Part shown: positions 19,930 through 30,403 of the stretch, piece by piece | Layout of the letters: each line of letters starts with the position of its first letter | Numbering within the stretch: position 1 is the first letter of the stretch | Source of the DNA: an uncultured Acidobacteriota bacterium | GTDB lineage: Bacteria > Acidobacteriota > Terriglobia > UBA7540 | Reading direction: 5' to 3' | DNA length: 64,000 nucleotides | Assembly (NCBI GenBank): GCA_963804995.1 | Contig: CAWDSK010000006.1 | Span: 576,001-640,000, forward strand | Notes under the pieces: model-generated | What the model saw: the letters and a program-made list of their open reading frames with translations, nothing else | Told to the model about the DNA's origin: nothing | Database searches by the model: none | Position numbers and translations under genes: made by a program

Positions 19930-22767
19930 TCAGCCTGCCGACTCAATCTCCCGCAAGGCGAACGAGCAACGATCACACACTGTGGGGTATTGTGAGTCCT
20001 TCCCCACCTGCTCGGAATAATTCCAGCAGCGCTCACATTTCTGGCCAGAGGCCTTGTCGATTTTCACGCTCAGCCCCGGCAACCCGGTCACGAGTGCGCC
20101 TTCGACAGCCCGCTTCGTGATCTCCACCTGCGATACGATGAAGAGCCCGGGCAGGAAAGCGCGATACTCTTCCAGCAGGGGCAGCAGTTCTTCACCGACC
20201 GAGAGGCGGACCAGGGCTTCGAGAGAACCCCCAATGAATTTTTCCTGGCGAGCAATTTCCAGCGCCTTCAACACCTCATTGCGCACCGCGACCAGCCGCG
20301 GCCAATTCTCCAGGCGCTGCAAGTGGGATTCCGGAATGCCCGCGCGCAACTCAGCGGGAGCCAGGAACCTTGCCAAGTGCACGCTTTTTTCCCGTCCCGC
20401 GAGGGCGGGAAGGTGCGTCCAAACTTCCTCCGCAGTGAAGCTCAGGAGCGGCGCCAGGATACGCACCAACGCATCCGCAATCCGGTAAAGCGCGGTCTGG
20501 GCGGCCCTCCGGCGAACCGAACGCGCCGGCGAAGTGTAGAGGCGATCCTTCAAAATATCGAAATAAAACGCGCTCAAATCCACGGTGGCAAAGTCATACA
20601 CACCACGATAAACCTTGTGAAATGCGTAGTCGTTGTAGGAGGCCTCAGCCCGCTCCAGCAGTTCGGCCATACGCACCAGCACCCAACTATCAATCTCCTC
20701 GAACTGGCTCGCATCCACGGAGTCTTTCGCCGGATCAAAATCGTATAGGTTCCCGAGACAGTAGCGGAACGTATTGCGCAGCTTGCGATAAGCTTCGGAA
20801 AGGCGCGTCAGCATGTCCGGCGAGATTGAGACATCTTCGCCGAACTCAACCGAAGCCGCCCACAGGCGCAGGATCTCCGCCCCATGCGTCTTGATGACCT
20901 CCATGGGCTCAATTACGTTGCCAATCGATTTCGACATGGCTCGGCCCTGCGCATCCAGCACCCATCCATGCGTCAGCACCTGGTGGTAGGGCGCCCGGCC
21001 GTGCGTGCCGAGCGCCACGAGCAGCGAACTGTGGAACCAGCCGCGATACTGGTCGCCCGCTTCCAGATAGACGTCGGCAGGCCAGGGCAAATCCGGGCGG
21101 TAGCCCAGGACCGCATATTGACTGGACCCCGAGTCAAACCACACGTCGAGAATATCGGTTTCCCGGCGCAGATTGCTTCCACCGCATTGCGGGCAACGAG
21201 CCCCGGGCGGCAGAAGCTCCGCATCCGGATGGGCGTACCAGGCGTCCGCCCCTTCCTTGCGGAAAAGTTCGAGCGCATGCTTCGCCAAGTCGGCGTCCAT
21301 AATCGGTTTCTGGCAGTCCACGCAATGAAAGACCGTGATGGGCACACCCCACACGCGCTGCCTGGAAATGCACCAATCCGGGCGCTCCGCGATCATGTTG
21401 GAGATTCGATCTTCGCCCCAGGCGGGGACCCACTTGGTCTTTTTGATTTCATCCAGGGCGCGCTGGCGCAGCCCCTGGTGGTCAATGTCGATGAACCATT
21501 GCTCTGCGGCGCGAAAGATAATCGGCTTGTGGCACCGCCAGCAATGGGGATAGGAATGCGTAAGCGAACCGGCTTGCCCCACCAGCACGCCGCGCGATTT
21601 CAGCAATTCCACGATGGGCTGGTTGGCATCGAAAACTCTCTTGCCGACATACTCAGGCAGACCCTCCGTGATTTTCCCCGACTCGTCCACCGGGCAGTAA
21701 ATATCGATGCCGTATTGCACGCCCGTTTGATAATCCTCGCGCCCATGGCCGGGAGCCGTATGCACGCAACCGGTCCCATCTTCCGCGGTCACATAAGTTG
21801 CCAGCACTCCCAGGAGATCGCGTTCGAGGAAGGGATGTTGAATCTTGATCCGGTCGAGCTTCTTGCCCGGAAGGCGTGCCAGGACGTTCGAAGCCTTGAG
21901 CCCGGTCTCCTCCACCACCGGCCCCTGTCGCCGGCTTTCCAGAATGTAGGCATCGCCTCGGGGATCGTCATCGCCCGCCACCACGTATTCAAAATCGGGA
22001 TGGAAGGCCACCGCCATACTAGCCGGGAGTGTCCAGGGAGTAGTGGTCCAGATCACGACCCAGAGCTTGCGTCCCTTAAGCGCGGGGTCGAGCGCGGCCG
22101 GGTCGGTCAGCACGGGGTAGCGCACGTAGATCGACGGACTGCGATCTTCTTCGTATTCCACCTCTGCTTCCGCCAGCGCGGTCTTGTCCGTGATGCACCA
22201 GTAAACGGATTTCCGCCCGCGATAGACGTAACCGCCGCGCAGGAAAGCCAGAAAGGCTTCCGCAATGCGCGCCTCATATTCAAAGCCCATGGTGAGGTAG
22301 GGCTTCTCCCACTCACCAAAAACTCCCAGGCGAATAAAATCCTGGCGCTGTATGTCCACGTACTTTTCTGCGTACTTGCGGCAGGCGCGCCGAACCTCCA
22401 CAGTGCTCATCTGCGCCTTGCGCGGGCCCAGTTCCTTGTCGACATTGATTTCAATCGGTAACCCGTGGCAGTCCCAACCCGGCAGGTAGGGTGCGTTGAA
22501 ACCCTCCAGCGTCTTCATCTTCACAATGAAGTCTTTCAGGATTTTATTGAGCGTGGTCCCAAGGTGGATGCGGCCGTTCGCATACGGAGGCCCATCGTGC
22601 AGCGTGAATAACGGCGCACTTTGCCGCGCGGCACGAATCTGATTGTAGAGACCTTCCTTCGCCCACCGGGCAAGCCACTTGGGCTCGTTCTGCGGCAGGT
22701 TGGCCTTCATTGAGAATTCGGTTTTGGGGAGATTGATTGTGTGCTTTAGATCCGGACTCTTCTGCAT
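19930..22767 (-). CDS. ileS: Isoleucyl-tRNA synthetase (type 1)
   Basis: HDGPPYANG/HLGT, GWDCHGLPIE, WTTTPWT, WCISRQR, AMSKS, C-terminal KCERCW..CDRC. Confidence 0.97.
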   Translation of the reverse strand: MQKSPDLKHTINLPKTEFSMKANLPQNEPKWLARWAKEGLYNQIRAARQSAPLFTLHDGPPYANGRIHLGTTLNKILKDFIVKMKTLEGFNAPYLPGWDCHGLPIEINVDKELGPRKAQMSTVEVRRACRKYAEKYVDIQRQDFIRLGVFGEWEKPYLTMGFEYEARIAEAFLAFLRGGYVYRGRKSVYWCITDKTALAEAEVEYEEDRSPSIYVRYPVLTDPAALDPALKGRKLWVVIWTTTPWTLPASMAVAFHPDFEYVVAGDDDPRGDAYILESRRQGPVVEETGLKASNVLARLPGKKLDRIKIQHPFLERDLLGVLATYVTAEDGTGCVHTAPGHGREDYQTGVQYGIDIYCPVDESGKITEGLPEYVGKRVFDANQPIVELLKSRGVLVGQAGSLTHSYPHCWRCHKPIIFRAAEQWFIDIDHQGLRQRALDEIKKTKWVPAWGEDRISNMIAERPDWCISRQRVWGVPITVFHCVDCQKPIMDADLAKHALELFRKEGADAWYAHPDAELLPPGARCPQCGGSNLRRETDILDVWFDSGSSQYAVLGYRPDLPWPADVYLEAGDQYRGWFHSSLLVALGTHGRAPYHQVLTHGWVLDAQGRAMSKSIGNVIEPMEVIKTHGAEILRLWAASVEFGEDVSISPDMLTRLSEAYRKLRNTFRYCLGNLYDFDPAKDSVDASQFEEIDSWVLVRMAELLERAEASYNDYAFHKVYRGVYDFATVDLSAFYFDILKDRLYTSPARSVRRRAAQTALYRIADALVRILAPLLSFTAEEVWTHLPALAGREKSVHLARFLAPAELRAGIPESHLQRLENWPRLVAVRNEVLKALEIARQEKFIGGSLEALVRLSVGEELLPLLEEYRAFLPGLFIVSQVEITKRAVEGALVTGLPGLSVKIDKASGQKCERCWNYSEQVGKDSQYPTVCDRCSFALREIESAG

Positions 22768-22926
22768 GCACCCTCCGTCGTGAGGATAAACAAGCCATTA
22801 TAGAGAACGGTGGAAGGAAGTGTCTAGCGGAGAGGGGATTCGGGTATCACGATGGGATCTCAAACAACAACCGGCAAGCAAAAATTCACTACAATATCTG
22901 CCGCGCTGATCCGTCTACACGAATAG

Positions 22927-23514
22927 ATGAAGGACGCGCTCAGCATCGAGTCGATGACCGAAGAGCAAAACGACCGGATCTCGACGGTAATCACGCGGGA
23001 ACAATCCCGCCTGCGCAACTTCATCCGCAAGCGCGTTGAAAACGAAAGTGACGCGGAAGACATCCTGCAAGAGGTTTTCTACGAACTGGTGCAGGCTTAT
23101 CGGCTGATGAGGCCTGTAGAGCAAGTAGGCGCGTGGCTGTTCCGGGTCGCCCGGAATCGCATCACCGACCTCTTCCGCAAGCGCAGGCCTGAGTCATGGC
23201 AAGGCCAGCCTGAAAGAGAGGCGGAAGATGGTGAGGAGCTTTTCTTGGAAGACCTTCTGCCCTCGCCCGAAGCCGGCCCCGAGGCGGCCTACGCACGTGA
23301 GGTACTGCTCGAAGAACTTGACGCGGCTCTGGACGAACTGCCGGCGGAACAGCGCGAAGTGTTTATCGCCCATGAATTCGAGGGACGGAGTTTCAACGAC
23401 CTGGCGGCGGAAATGGGTGTGGGCGTGAATACCCTGCTTTCCCGCAAGCATTACGCAGTGCTTCATTTGCGCCGGCGCTTGCGCGCCATCTACGACGAAT
23501 TTACAAAAGCATGA
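22927..23514 (+). CDS. ECF sigma-70 family factor
   Basis: DAEDILQEVF, AWLFRVARNRITD, LPAEQREVF..HE..G.SF..LA...GV..NTLLSRK. Confidence 0.9.
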   Translation: MKDALSIESMTEEQNDRISTVITREQSRLRNFIRKRVENESDAEDILQEVFYELVQAYRLMRPVEQVGAWLFRVARNRITDLFRKRRPESWQGQPEREAEDGEELFLEDLLPSPEAGPEAAYAREVLLEELDAALDELPAEQREVFIAHEFEGRSFNDLAAEMGVGVNTLLSRKHYAVLHLRRRLRAIYDEFTKA

Positions 23515-23525
23515 GGAGACCCAGC

Positions 23526-23858
23526 ATGAGAGGGAAATGGATATTGAGAGGTTTGAAAATCGCGTTGTTCGTGGCGCTTGCCGCCACGGTGTTCAGCTTC
23601 GTCGTCATGCAGCTCTGGAACTGGCTGATGCCGGTCATCTTCGGCCTGCACCTGATCAGTTTCTGGCAAGCCCTCGGCCTGCTGGTGCTGAGTAAGATTC
23701 TCTTTAGCGGCTTCCGTGGGCGGCCCGCCTTCGCCATGCATTGGCGGCAACGTATGATCGAGCGTTGGGAGCAGATGACTCCGGAAGAACGGGAAAAGTT
23801 CCGAGCCGGCATGCGCGCGGGCTGCGGCCACCCCGATCCCCCCACGACTCAGGCTTAG
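23526..23858 (+). CDS. Small membrane protein co-transcribed with the ECF sigma
   Basis: LWNWLMP.IFGL..ISFWQALGLL.LSKILF; MTPEEREKF tail; SD GAGGAG. Confidence 0.75.
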   Translation: MRGKWILRGLKIALFVALAATVFSFVVMQLWNWLMPVIFGLHLISFWQALGLLVLSKILFSGFRGRPAFAMHWRQRMIERWEQMTPEEREKFRAGMRAGCGHPDPPTTQA

Positions 23859-24241
23859 AAGGACGGGTCCTAATGCGGCGGATGCGCTACTCAGTTCGAG
23901 AGCGCCGCCGGTTGCGTAGGGGGGACGGGCCATAGGCGTTAAAATAAGCCCGACTGAAGGTGCATCGCATTCCTACGCGCTGGCTATTACTAGCCAGGTG
24001 ATTTGTTTCCGAGTGCCCGTCATCCGCCCGGAATGCGTAATTGTAACCAGACTCGTCGATAATCGCTAGCCGACCAGCGGGGATCTATTGCTTTTTCAGG
24101 ATACCTATACACGACCGCCCAATTTCCGATATGGCGACTTACCGTCAAAGTGAACTGCGATACGAAATCCCATGCCGCGCGTAGTCGTAGCATATCGTCC
24201 ACAACTTCTTCTTGCTGCGTTCCTCCCCACTTGTCTGGGCA

Positions 24242-24250
24242 TGCTATGAT
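24242..24250 (+). promoter_or_regulatory. Extended -10 promoter, probably giving a near-leaderless mRNA for the cassette gene
   Basis: TGCTATGAT 9 nt before ATG 24260; no SD present. Confidence 0.45.
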
Positions 24251-24259
24251 TTCGGTTAG

Positions 24260-27200
24260 ATGACAGAGAAATCCCAAGGGCCAGACTACCGGAAATTCAG
24301 GCCGTCCGAATTCATGAGGGCGCGACGACCCCACCTGTTCTCCGACAGCGAGGTGATCGAGCAGGCTCAGCTTGATCCTACGACCTTTGAATACCATCTC
24401 GACACGCTTACTTCCCGAAAGCAGGAACTCGATTTTGAAGGATTCGCCCGCAAGCTGGCTGAAAAAGAAATTTGCCCCAATATTCGACCCCAGACAGGAC
24501 CCACAGGGGGTGGCGATAGCAAGGTCGATTCCGAGACATACCCAGTCTCTCCAGAGATCTCGGATCGCCTGTACTACGCGGATCCAGAGGGCCGCGACGC
24601 TGCGAATGAACGATGGGCATTTGCGTTCAGCGCAAAGGAGGAGTGGCGAGCCAAGGCTATCTCCGACGTCAAGGCCATTGCCGGCACGGGACGGGGTTAT
24701 ACGAAGGCATTTTTTATCACCAGCCGGTTCGCCAAAGACAAGAATCGTGCTGATCTCGAAGACAAGCTCACCAAAGAATACGGGCTCGATGTGCGGATAC
24801 TCGACCGCACCTGGATTGTTACGAAGGTCTTTGAGAACGGGCGCGAAAGACTGGCAATAGAGAACCTAAAGTGTACCGTACCATTGGTTCCAACCCCGAA
24901 GAAAGGGCCGCGCGACCTATCGCGTGAGGCCGAACTGAAGGAACTCGAAGAGCAAATCACCGATCCCAGTCGCTATGTAGGGCTGAGCTACCAACTGGTT
25001 GAGGATGCGTTGCAGGCCGCGCTGCTTGCGCGTGGAATTGAGCTTCCTCGCGCGGAAGTGGAGGCTAAATTCGAGCGTGCGGTTCACCTCGCCGAGAAAC
25101 AAGGCATAAATCAGCAGCAGCTTCGCTGCGCATACAACAAGGCATGGACTTATTTTTGGTGGTATGAAGATTTTCCCTCCTTTATCGGGGCCTACGACAC
25201 CGTTGAGGCGCTTGCACGGGAAAGCTCTCAAGTATCTGATATTGAACTCCTCCAAAACCTGTGGGAACTCCTCTACGCTAGCGCAAAGACCGGAACGTGC
25301 GGTCCAGTCGATGCGCGAACTGATGAGCGCACGGCCACGTTGAGGTCAGCGCTTGAGGCTATTCTAGCGGACACGACACGGCCGAACGCGTCGCTGCGGG
25401 CGCGAGCGAGTCTGCTCCTAATGGATCTCTCGGTCGCCTACGATAAGCCCGAGAAGCTAAAGGAGGTATTTCGAGCGTTTCGCGGTGTTTTCGAAAAAAG
25501 TAAGGGGCTTATCGACTTCCCAGCGAAGCATTTCGTGAAACTGCTCATGGAATTGAGCGATCTTCTGCCTGACGATGAGGAATTCGATGTTACGTTCGAA
25601 TCGGCAATTGAAGTGGCACGCGAGCGCGAGAGCCAGACCGTTTCAGGACGAATGCTCCTCAGGCGGGGCCGCCAGAAACTACAGAGCGGAAAACCATATG
25701 AGGCCATCCGCCTGCTCGGCAGGGCCCAGCAGGATTTGGCGCTCGAGGAGGCTCGCGGAGAAATGGTTATGGCCCTCGGGCTGTGCGGGGCAGCTTACGA
25801 GACCGCAGGACTATTGTGGGCTGCTCGCGGCTGTTTGCTCCTGGCAGTCAATCAATCTCTGAAGGAATTTTGGGAGGAGGGGGAAATAGTTCGGCCCGCA
25901 CTCATCTGCCTGCGCAAAATCATCTGGCTCGAATTACAGCTGGGCCGTGTCCCATGTGTCCTTGCATGGGCCGAGAACTTCCTTATGATGAATAGCGCGA
26001 TCGAACATGATCCTGAAGCACAGAGGCAGCTAGCGGAGGAGTGGACCAATCTCGATGGCGTCCTCGGTCTTCTGCTCCTAAGGACGGACCTCAGAGACCT
26101 CAGGGATCTCGGGTCCCTTCCGACGGTGCTGGAGAAATTTCACCTGGACGGCTCCTGGATGGCTTTGCTTTATGCATTGGGCTATGAGGATAAGCTCCGT
26201 ACCGACAAGGTCATCCCGGTCGATGAGAGTCCAGGAAGCGTCGCAGCGTTCTTCGACAAGTGGTTAAGCCAACCGGCCGGAAACGACCTGCCCTCCGTCC
26301 CTGAATTCATTGACCGGCGTACGGTTGAACTGCGCTCAACTGTCTTAGGCTGTGAGATCCTCGCGACTGTCTCGAACAACAACGAATCGCTGTTCCTGGC
26401 CGAAGGGATACTGGCCGGCGTCGAATCATTTCTGGCGACGAGCTTGGATTTCGCGCTTGTGCCCCACGCTTCGCGCATACATCTCCGGGTCACTCCGTCC
26501 GATTTCCTGGATCAGGTGATCGAGTTCACCGTCAAGTCGGCTCCGCATACCATTATCGATGTCCAACACCGAAAGGACAGCTTGGCGGCCGCGGAGGTCA
26601 CTAGCGCTTTCAAAGACAAACTAGTAGAGATTATTAGCTGGGTCGCGGCACACATCGCGATACCAGCTGAGCCAAGTCTGAGGCATTTGGAGGTTCTAAT
26701 CAGGGACGAACGCGCGCTTGGCAGGGCCATTCTGATCGCCGGGATTGGGACCCTGATCGGTAACGCTTTGGGCGCTAAGCCTAAAATTCGCATTTCGGAC
26801 TGGACCTCGGCGGGAGACCAGGGCGAGAGCTTTCCCCTGCTTCGGACAGAGCCGTGGAGCCATGCGCGGCTGCTAGGCGACTCCGAAGCTGAGAGGGTGC
26901 CCCCGAGTCCTGGAGTTGGGGAGCCCCCGGCCGAACTGTTCAACGTGGAGAGCCTAAAGCATAGGGATCGAAGGGTGTTCTCCATTATCAACCTTGACCT
27001 CTGGGAAAAGGCTCGTTGGGCCGGTACGGGCTATATCTTCCCGATGGAGACAGACTCAGACGAACCGCCGTACCTGACCTTAATTTTCGAAAACCTCCCA
27101 GCCGCAGAGACTATCTTCCAGGGATGGTTGGAGGAGGTTGGTCCAAGAGATTCCAATGAGAGGATTAGGGTATCCATCATTACGGGGATCAGCATCGAAA

Positions 27201-27698
27201 ATCCTGCTCGCTACCGCGTGGTACTAGGATCAAACCCCGACTGGAGCACGATCGCCCCCATGAGCCATTTCGTCATGACATATCGTATTAACACGATGAA
27301 CCCGGCGACCTCGGCAAACTTAGATCGCTTCTTGGAAGCGTATAACGCCCAAAAAAAGTACATGCTCGTTCCAGGCGAGGCGGAGCCGAGCGGGATGGGG
27401 CGTATTGCGCCAGGGCTCGGAATCCTCAAGCACGAGTTGCTTGTCCGCCCAGCTTGGCAGATAGGCGAACATGACCCGGACATCTGCGGCATCGACCTGG
27501 ACGACAAGGTAATTATCCCAGACGGTGTTAAAGACGCTCCGGTTCTCGCAGCGATGGCGAGAAAAAAAGAGACTAGAAGCTGAACCCAATTCATGGCGAA
27601 CGGATGCCACGACTCTCAAACCTAATCGCAAGATGGGCCGAAATGAACTTTGCTACTGTGGAAGCGGCAAGAAATACAAGAAATGCCATGGAATATAG
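24260..27698 (+). CDS. Large cargo protein: Mrr-like restriction-endonuclease-fold N-terminus, helical/TPR-like middle, C-terminal SEC-C motif (ORF stops at 27583 as written; extends to 27698 across an A7 frameshift)
   Basis: [37 protein letters not shown] resembles the Mrr/PD-(D/E)xK layout; +1 frame after 27562-27568 reads ..[26 protein letters not shown]. Confidence 0.75.
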
Positions 27699-28103
27699 AG
27701 CTCGGCTTATCCACATTCACGCCGGTTCCGCTCGCTGGAACATACAGATCCCTAATGTTCACCGATAATTCTCGCATCGCTGATCTCTTTGCCCGCTGGT
27801 GCGGTCGAAATCAATCCACAATGACGTGTAACGGCCTATGCGCGGATGTGGCGCCCGCTGGTTCCGGGCGGATGGTCTGACGCTCGGAAACAATGAGAGC
27901 GCTCGCATTGATGCACAGCCGCCTACACGGGAAGTGCTGACATTCCGGAACATGGACTTCTTCTCGAAGCATGCACCTTGGTCCTGCCAGAACAGTGCGG
28001 CGCCTATTTTAACGCCTATGGGGGGACGGGCCCACTCGTCGGGCGGCAATGTGTCCCCTCACCCACCGTCACTGCGGCGATCATGGGCCGGAGATCTTAC
28101 CGC

Positions 28104-28132
28104 TTGACAAGGCTTTTTCCCGGGTTTACATT
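28104..28132 (+). promoter_or_regulatory. Sigma70 promoter of the TetR-efflux operon
   Basis: TTGACA-N17-TACATT. Confidence 0.75.
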
Positions 28133-28145
28133 GGCCTTTGAAAAA

Positions 28146-28163
28146 TGACTGACTGGTCAGTCA
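28146..28163. promoter_or_regulatory. Probable TetR operator
   Basis: Perfect inverted repeat TGACTGAC-TG-GTCAGTCA just downstream of the promoter. Confidence 0.75.
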
Positions 28164-28180
28164 GAAAGGGTCCAGACGGG

Positions 28181-28831
28181 ATGACGACGAAACGAAAGGT
28201 GCGCGCCAACGCCTCCAAACCCTTACCCCGAGGCCGCCAACCCAAGGCCGAGCGTCAGGAGCAGATCCTGGCGGCTGCGTTTGAGGAATTCTCGCTCCAC
28301 GGGTACGCGGCCACACGTCTGGACGATGTCGCCCGGCGCGCGGGCATCGCCAAGGGCACGATCTATCTCTATTTTCAGGACAAGGAACGTCTCTTTCGGG
28401 CCGCCGTCCGCAGTCTGATTCAAAAGCGAATGGACGTAGTCGTGGGCACTTTAAGCGGGCCTGCGGAGCAACTCCTGCGCGAGCTGTTATCCAGGATGTA
28501 TCTCCAGGTGGTGAGAAACGACCGGGCCCGGGCCATCGTTCGCATGCTGGTGGCGGAGAGCGGAAAGTTCCCGCAACTTTCAGGCATTTACCATCGCGAG
28601 GTCATTGCCCCGGGGATGAAGGCGATGCGCATGGTGCTCGAGAGGGGCATCGCGGCGGGCGAATTTCGCAAAACGGCGGCCGTGGAGTTTCCGCAGATCC
28701 TCGCCGCCCCGGGAATCATGGCCATCCTGTGGAGATTGCTTCACGGAGATCGCTATCGCCTAGACCTGGATGCGTACATGAAAGCGCACATCGAGCTGGT
28801 TTTGGGCAGCTTGCGCCAGGAGCATTCGTGA
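28181..28831 (+). CDS. TetR/AcrR family regulator
   Basis: ILAAA.EEF...GY..T.LDDVARRAGIAKGTIYLYF.DK. Confidence 0.93.
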   Translation: MTTKRKVRANASKPLPRGRQPKAERQEQILAAAFEEFSLHGYAATRLDDVARRAGIAKGTIYLYFQDKERLFRAAVRSLIQKRMDVVVGTLSGPAEQLLRELLSRMYLQVVRNDRARAIVRMLVAESGKFPQLSGIYHREVIAPGMKAMRMVLERGIAAGEFRKTAAVEFPQILAAPGIMAILWRLLHGDRYRLDLDAYMKAHIELVLGSLRQEHS

Positions 28832-28836
28832 AGCTC

Positions 28837-28958
28837 CTGGCGTAGTGTCCGGTAATTAACTGGATAACGTAGCGCCGCCATCTTGGCGGCAATTGCCGGC
28901 AGGATGCCGGCGCTACGGCTAGGACGATTGTCCAGCCATTTCCTGGACACTCCACTAG
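28837..28958. mobile_element. Degenerate MITE (CTAG-ended, IS630-like) carrying a GTAG-type REP doublet
   Basis: Imperfect 31-bp TIRs (22/31) ending GGACACTCCACTAG; internal GTAGCGCCGCCATCTTGGCGGC...GCCGGCAGGATGCCGGCGCTAC. Confidence 0.6.
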
Positions 28959-28991
28959 CGCTCAGAGCCCGCTGAGTAGAGGAGAGAACCC

Positions 28992-30335
28992 ATGAGGGTG
29001 AATCCGGGATGGGTCACGTTGCTGGTATTGGCGTCGTTCGCGGCCGTGAGCCCGGCAGGTGCGCAGCAGGTGACACCGCAGAGGCTGACGATCGAGGACG
29101 CGGTGGGTCTGGCGCTGAAGAAGAACTTGAGCGTGCGGGTGTCTGGTACTCAGGTGGAGGAATCGGCGGGCACGCTTGAAAGGCGGCGCTCTTCCCTGCT
29201 CCCGCACGTCAACGGGAACGCTCTAGCCAACCGCGAAGATATCGATCTGGCCGCCATGGGAATTTCCTTTCCCGGGGCTCCTTCCGTTGTCGGGCCGTTC
29301 GCTCATTATGATTTTCGAGTGTCAGCGAGCCAAACCTTGATCAACCGTCAGGCCTACCATAGTTGGAAGGCGAGCGAGAGACAGGAGCAGGCTGCGAAGC
29401 TCGATTATCAGGACGCGCGTGACTTGGTGGTCCGGCAAACCGCCGCGCTATATCTCGATGCCCAGGCTGCGGCCGCGGAAATTGAAAGCGCCGAATCCCG
29501 CGTCAAGACCTCGGCGGCACTGGAGAAGCTGGCGCGCGACCAACACACCGCGGGGTTGGCAACGGCCGTGGATGAGGTTCGCGCCCAGGTGCAATTGGCG
29601 CGTGACCAGCAGAACCAGCTTGTGGCACGGGACAATTTCCAGACATCCTTGCTGGTCCTTGCGCACTTTCTGGGCTTAAGCCCCGGAACGCCGCTGGAAT
29701 TGGCCGAACCGCTGAACTTCCATCATGTCGAAACGCCGGACGTTGCTCAAACGCTCCCCGGGGCGCTTCAGGCACGCGCTGACTATCGGGCGCTGCTGAT
29801 GCAGAAGGATTCACTCATGGAGCAGCAAAAAGCTTCGCGGGCCCGCTATCTGCCGACCCTCACTCTCAACGGGGATTACGGGGCGATCGGGCGCCAATTC
29901 GGCACCCTGGCAGGCACGGGGGAAGTCCAGGGAACCGTTACCGTAACCTTATTCGATCGGGACCGCAGCGGAGAACAGAAGGAGTTGGAGAGCCGGGTGA
30001 AACGCCTTGGCGCCCAGCTCGATGACCTGAGCCAGGGGATCGAGCAGGAACTGCGCAAGGCGGTATTGGACCTCGAATCCACGGAGAGCCAGGTGACGGT
30101 CACGGTGGCCGCCCAGAATCTGGCGGAGCGCGAGCTGGCACTGGCCCAAGACCGTTTCCGTAATGGCGTGACAGATAACATTGAGGTGGTGACAGCGCAG
30201 AGCACGCTCGCGGGCGCGCAGGATGATCACATCGGGGCGCTGGCACGCCATGCCGATGCGGTCATGGCCTTGGTGCGCGCCCTGGGGGGAAACGAAAAGA
30301 CTTACCGAGCGTACCTCGGTGAACCTGAACATTGA
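28992..30335 (+). CDS. TolC-family outer membrane efflux protein
   Basis: Signal peptide; LTIEDAV.LAL..N; two OEP repeats; RF.NG....EVV.AQ. Confidence 0.9.
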   Translation: MRVNPGWVTLLVLASFAAVSPAGAQQVTPQRLTIEDAVGLALKKNLSVRVSGTQVEESAGTLERRRSSLLPHVNGNALANREDIDLAAMGISFPGAPSVVGPFAHYDFRVSASQTLINRQAYHSWKASERQEQAAKLDYQDARDLVVRQTAALYLDAQAAAAEIESAESRVKTSAALEKLARDQHTAGLATAVDEVRAQVQLARDQQNQLVARDNFQTSLLVLAHFLGLSPGTPLELAEPLNFHHVETPDVAQTLPGALQARADYRALLMQKDSLMEQQKASRARYLPTLTLNGDYGAIGRQFGTLAGTGEVQGTVTVTLFDRDRSGEQKELESRVKRLGAQLDDLSQGIEQELRKAVLDLESTESQVTVTVAAQNLAERELALAQDRFRNGVTDNIEVVTAQSTLAGAQDDHIGALARHADAVMALVRALGGNEKTYRAYLGEPEH

Positions 30336-30403
30336 GCACTCGAAATTCGAAACTCGGTCCGCATTTCGAGTTTCGATTCTTCTGCGGCAGAGGTAAAACA
30401 GCC

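Larger units (their letters stand above)
23931..28020. mobile_element. Non-autonomous mobile insertion cassette (IS4/IS231-like ends, no transposase)
   Basis: Perfect 16-bp TIRs CATAGGCGTTAAAATA (23931-23946) / TATTTTAACGCCTATG (28005-28020); 11-bp direct repeat GGGGGACGGGC at 23920-23930 and 28021-28031. Confidence 0.88.

Noticed and set aside
20884..22461. 525-aa plus-strand ORF
   Set aside because: Antisense shadow of ileS
22768..22926. T-box riboswitch upstream of ileS
   Set aside because: The gap is only ~160 bp, shared with a divergent gene, and has no T-box consensus
27650..28107. Short ORFs in the cassette right arm as a transposase remnant or second gene
   Set aside because: No DDE or other recognisable motif; one ORF crosses the TIR
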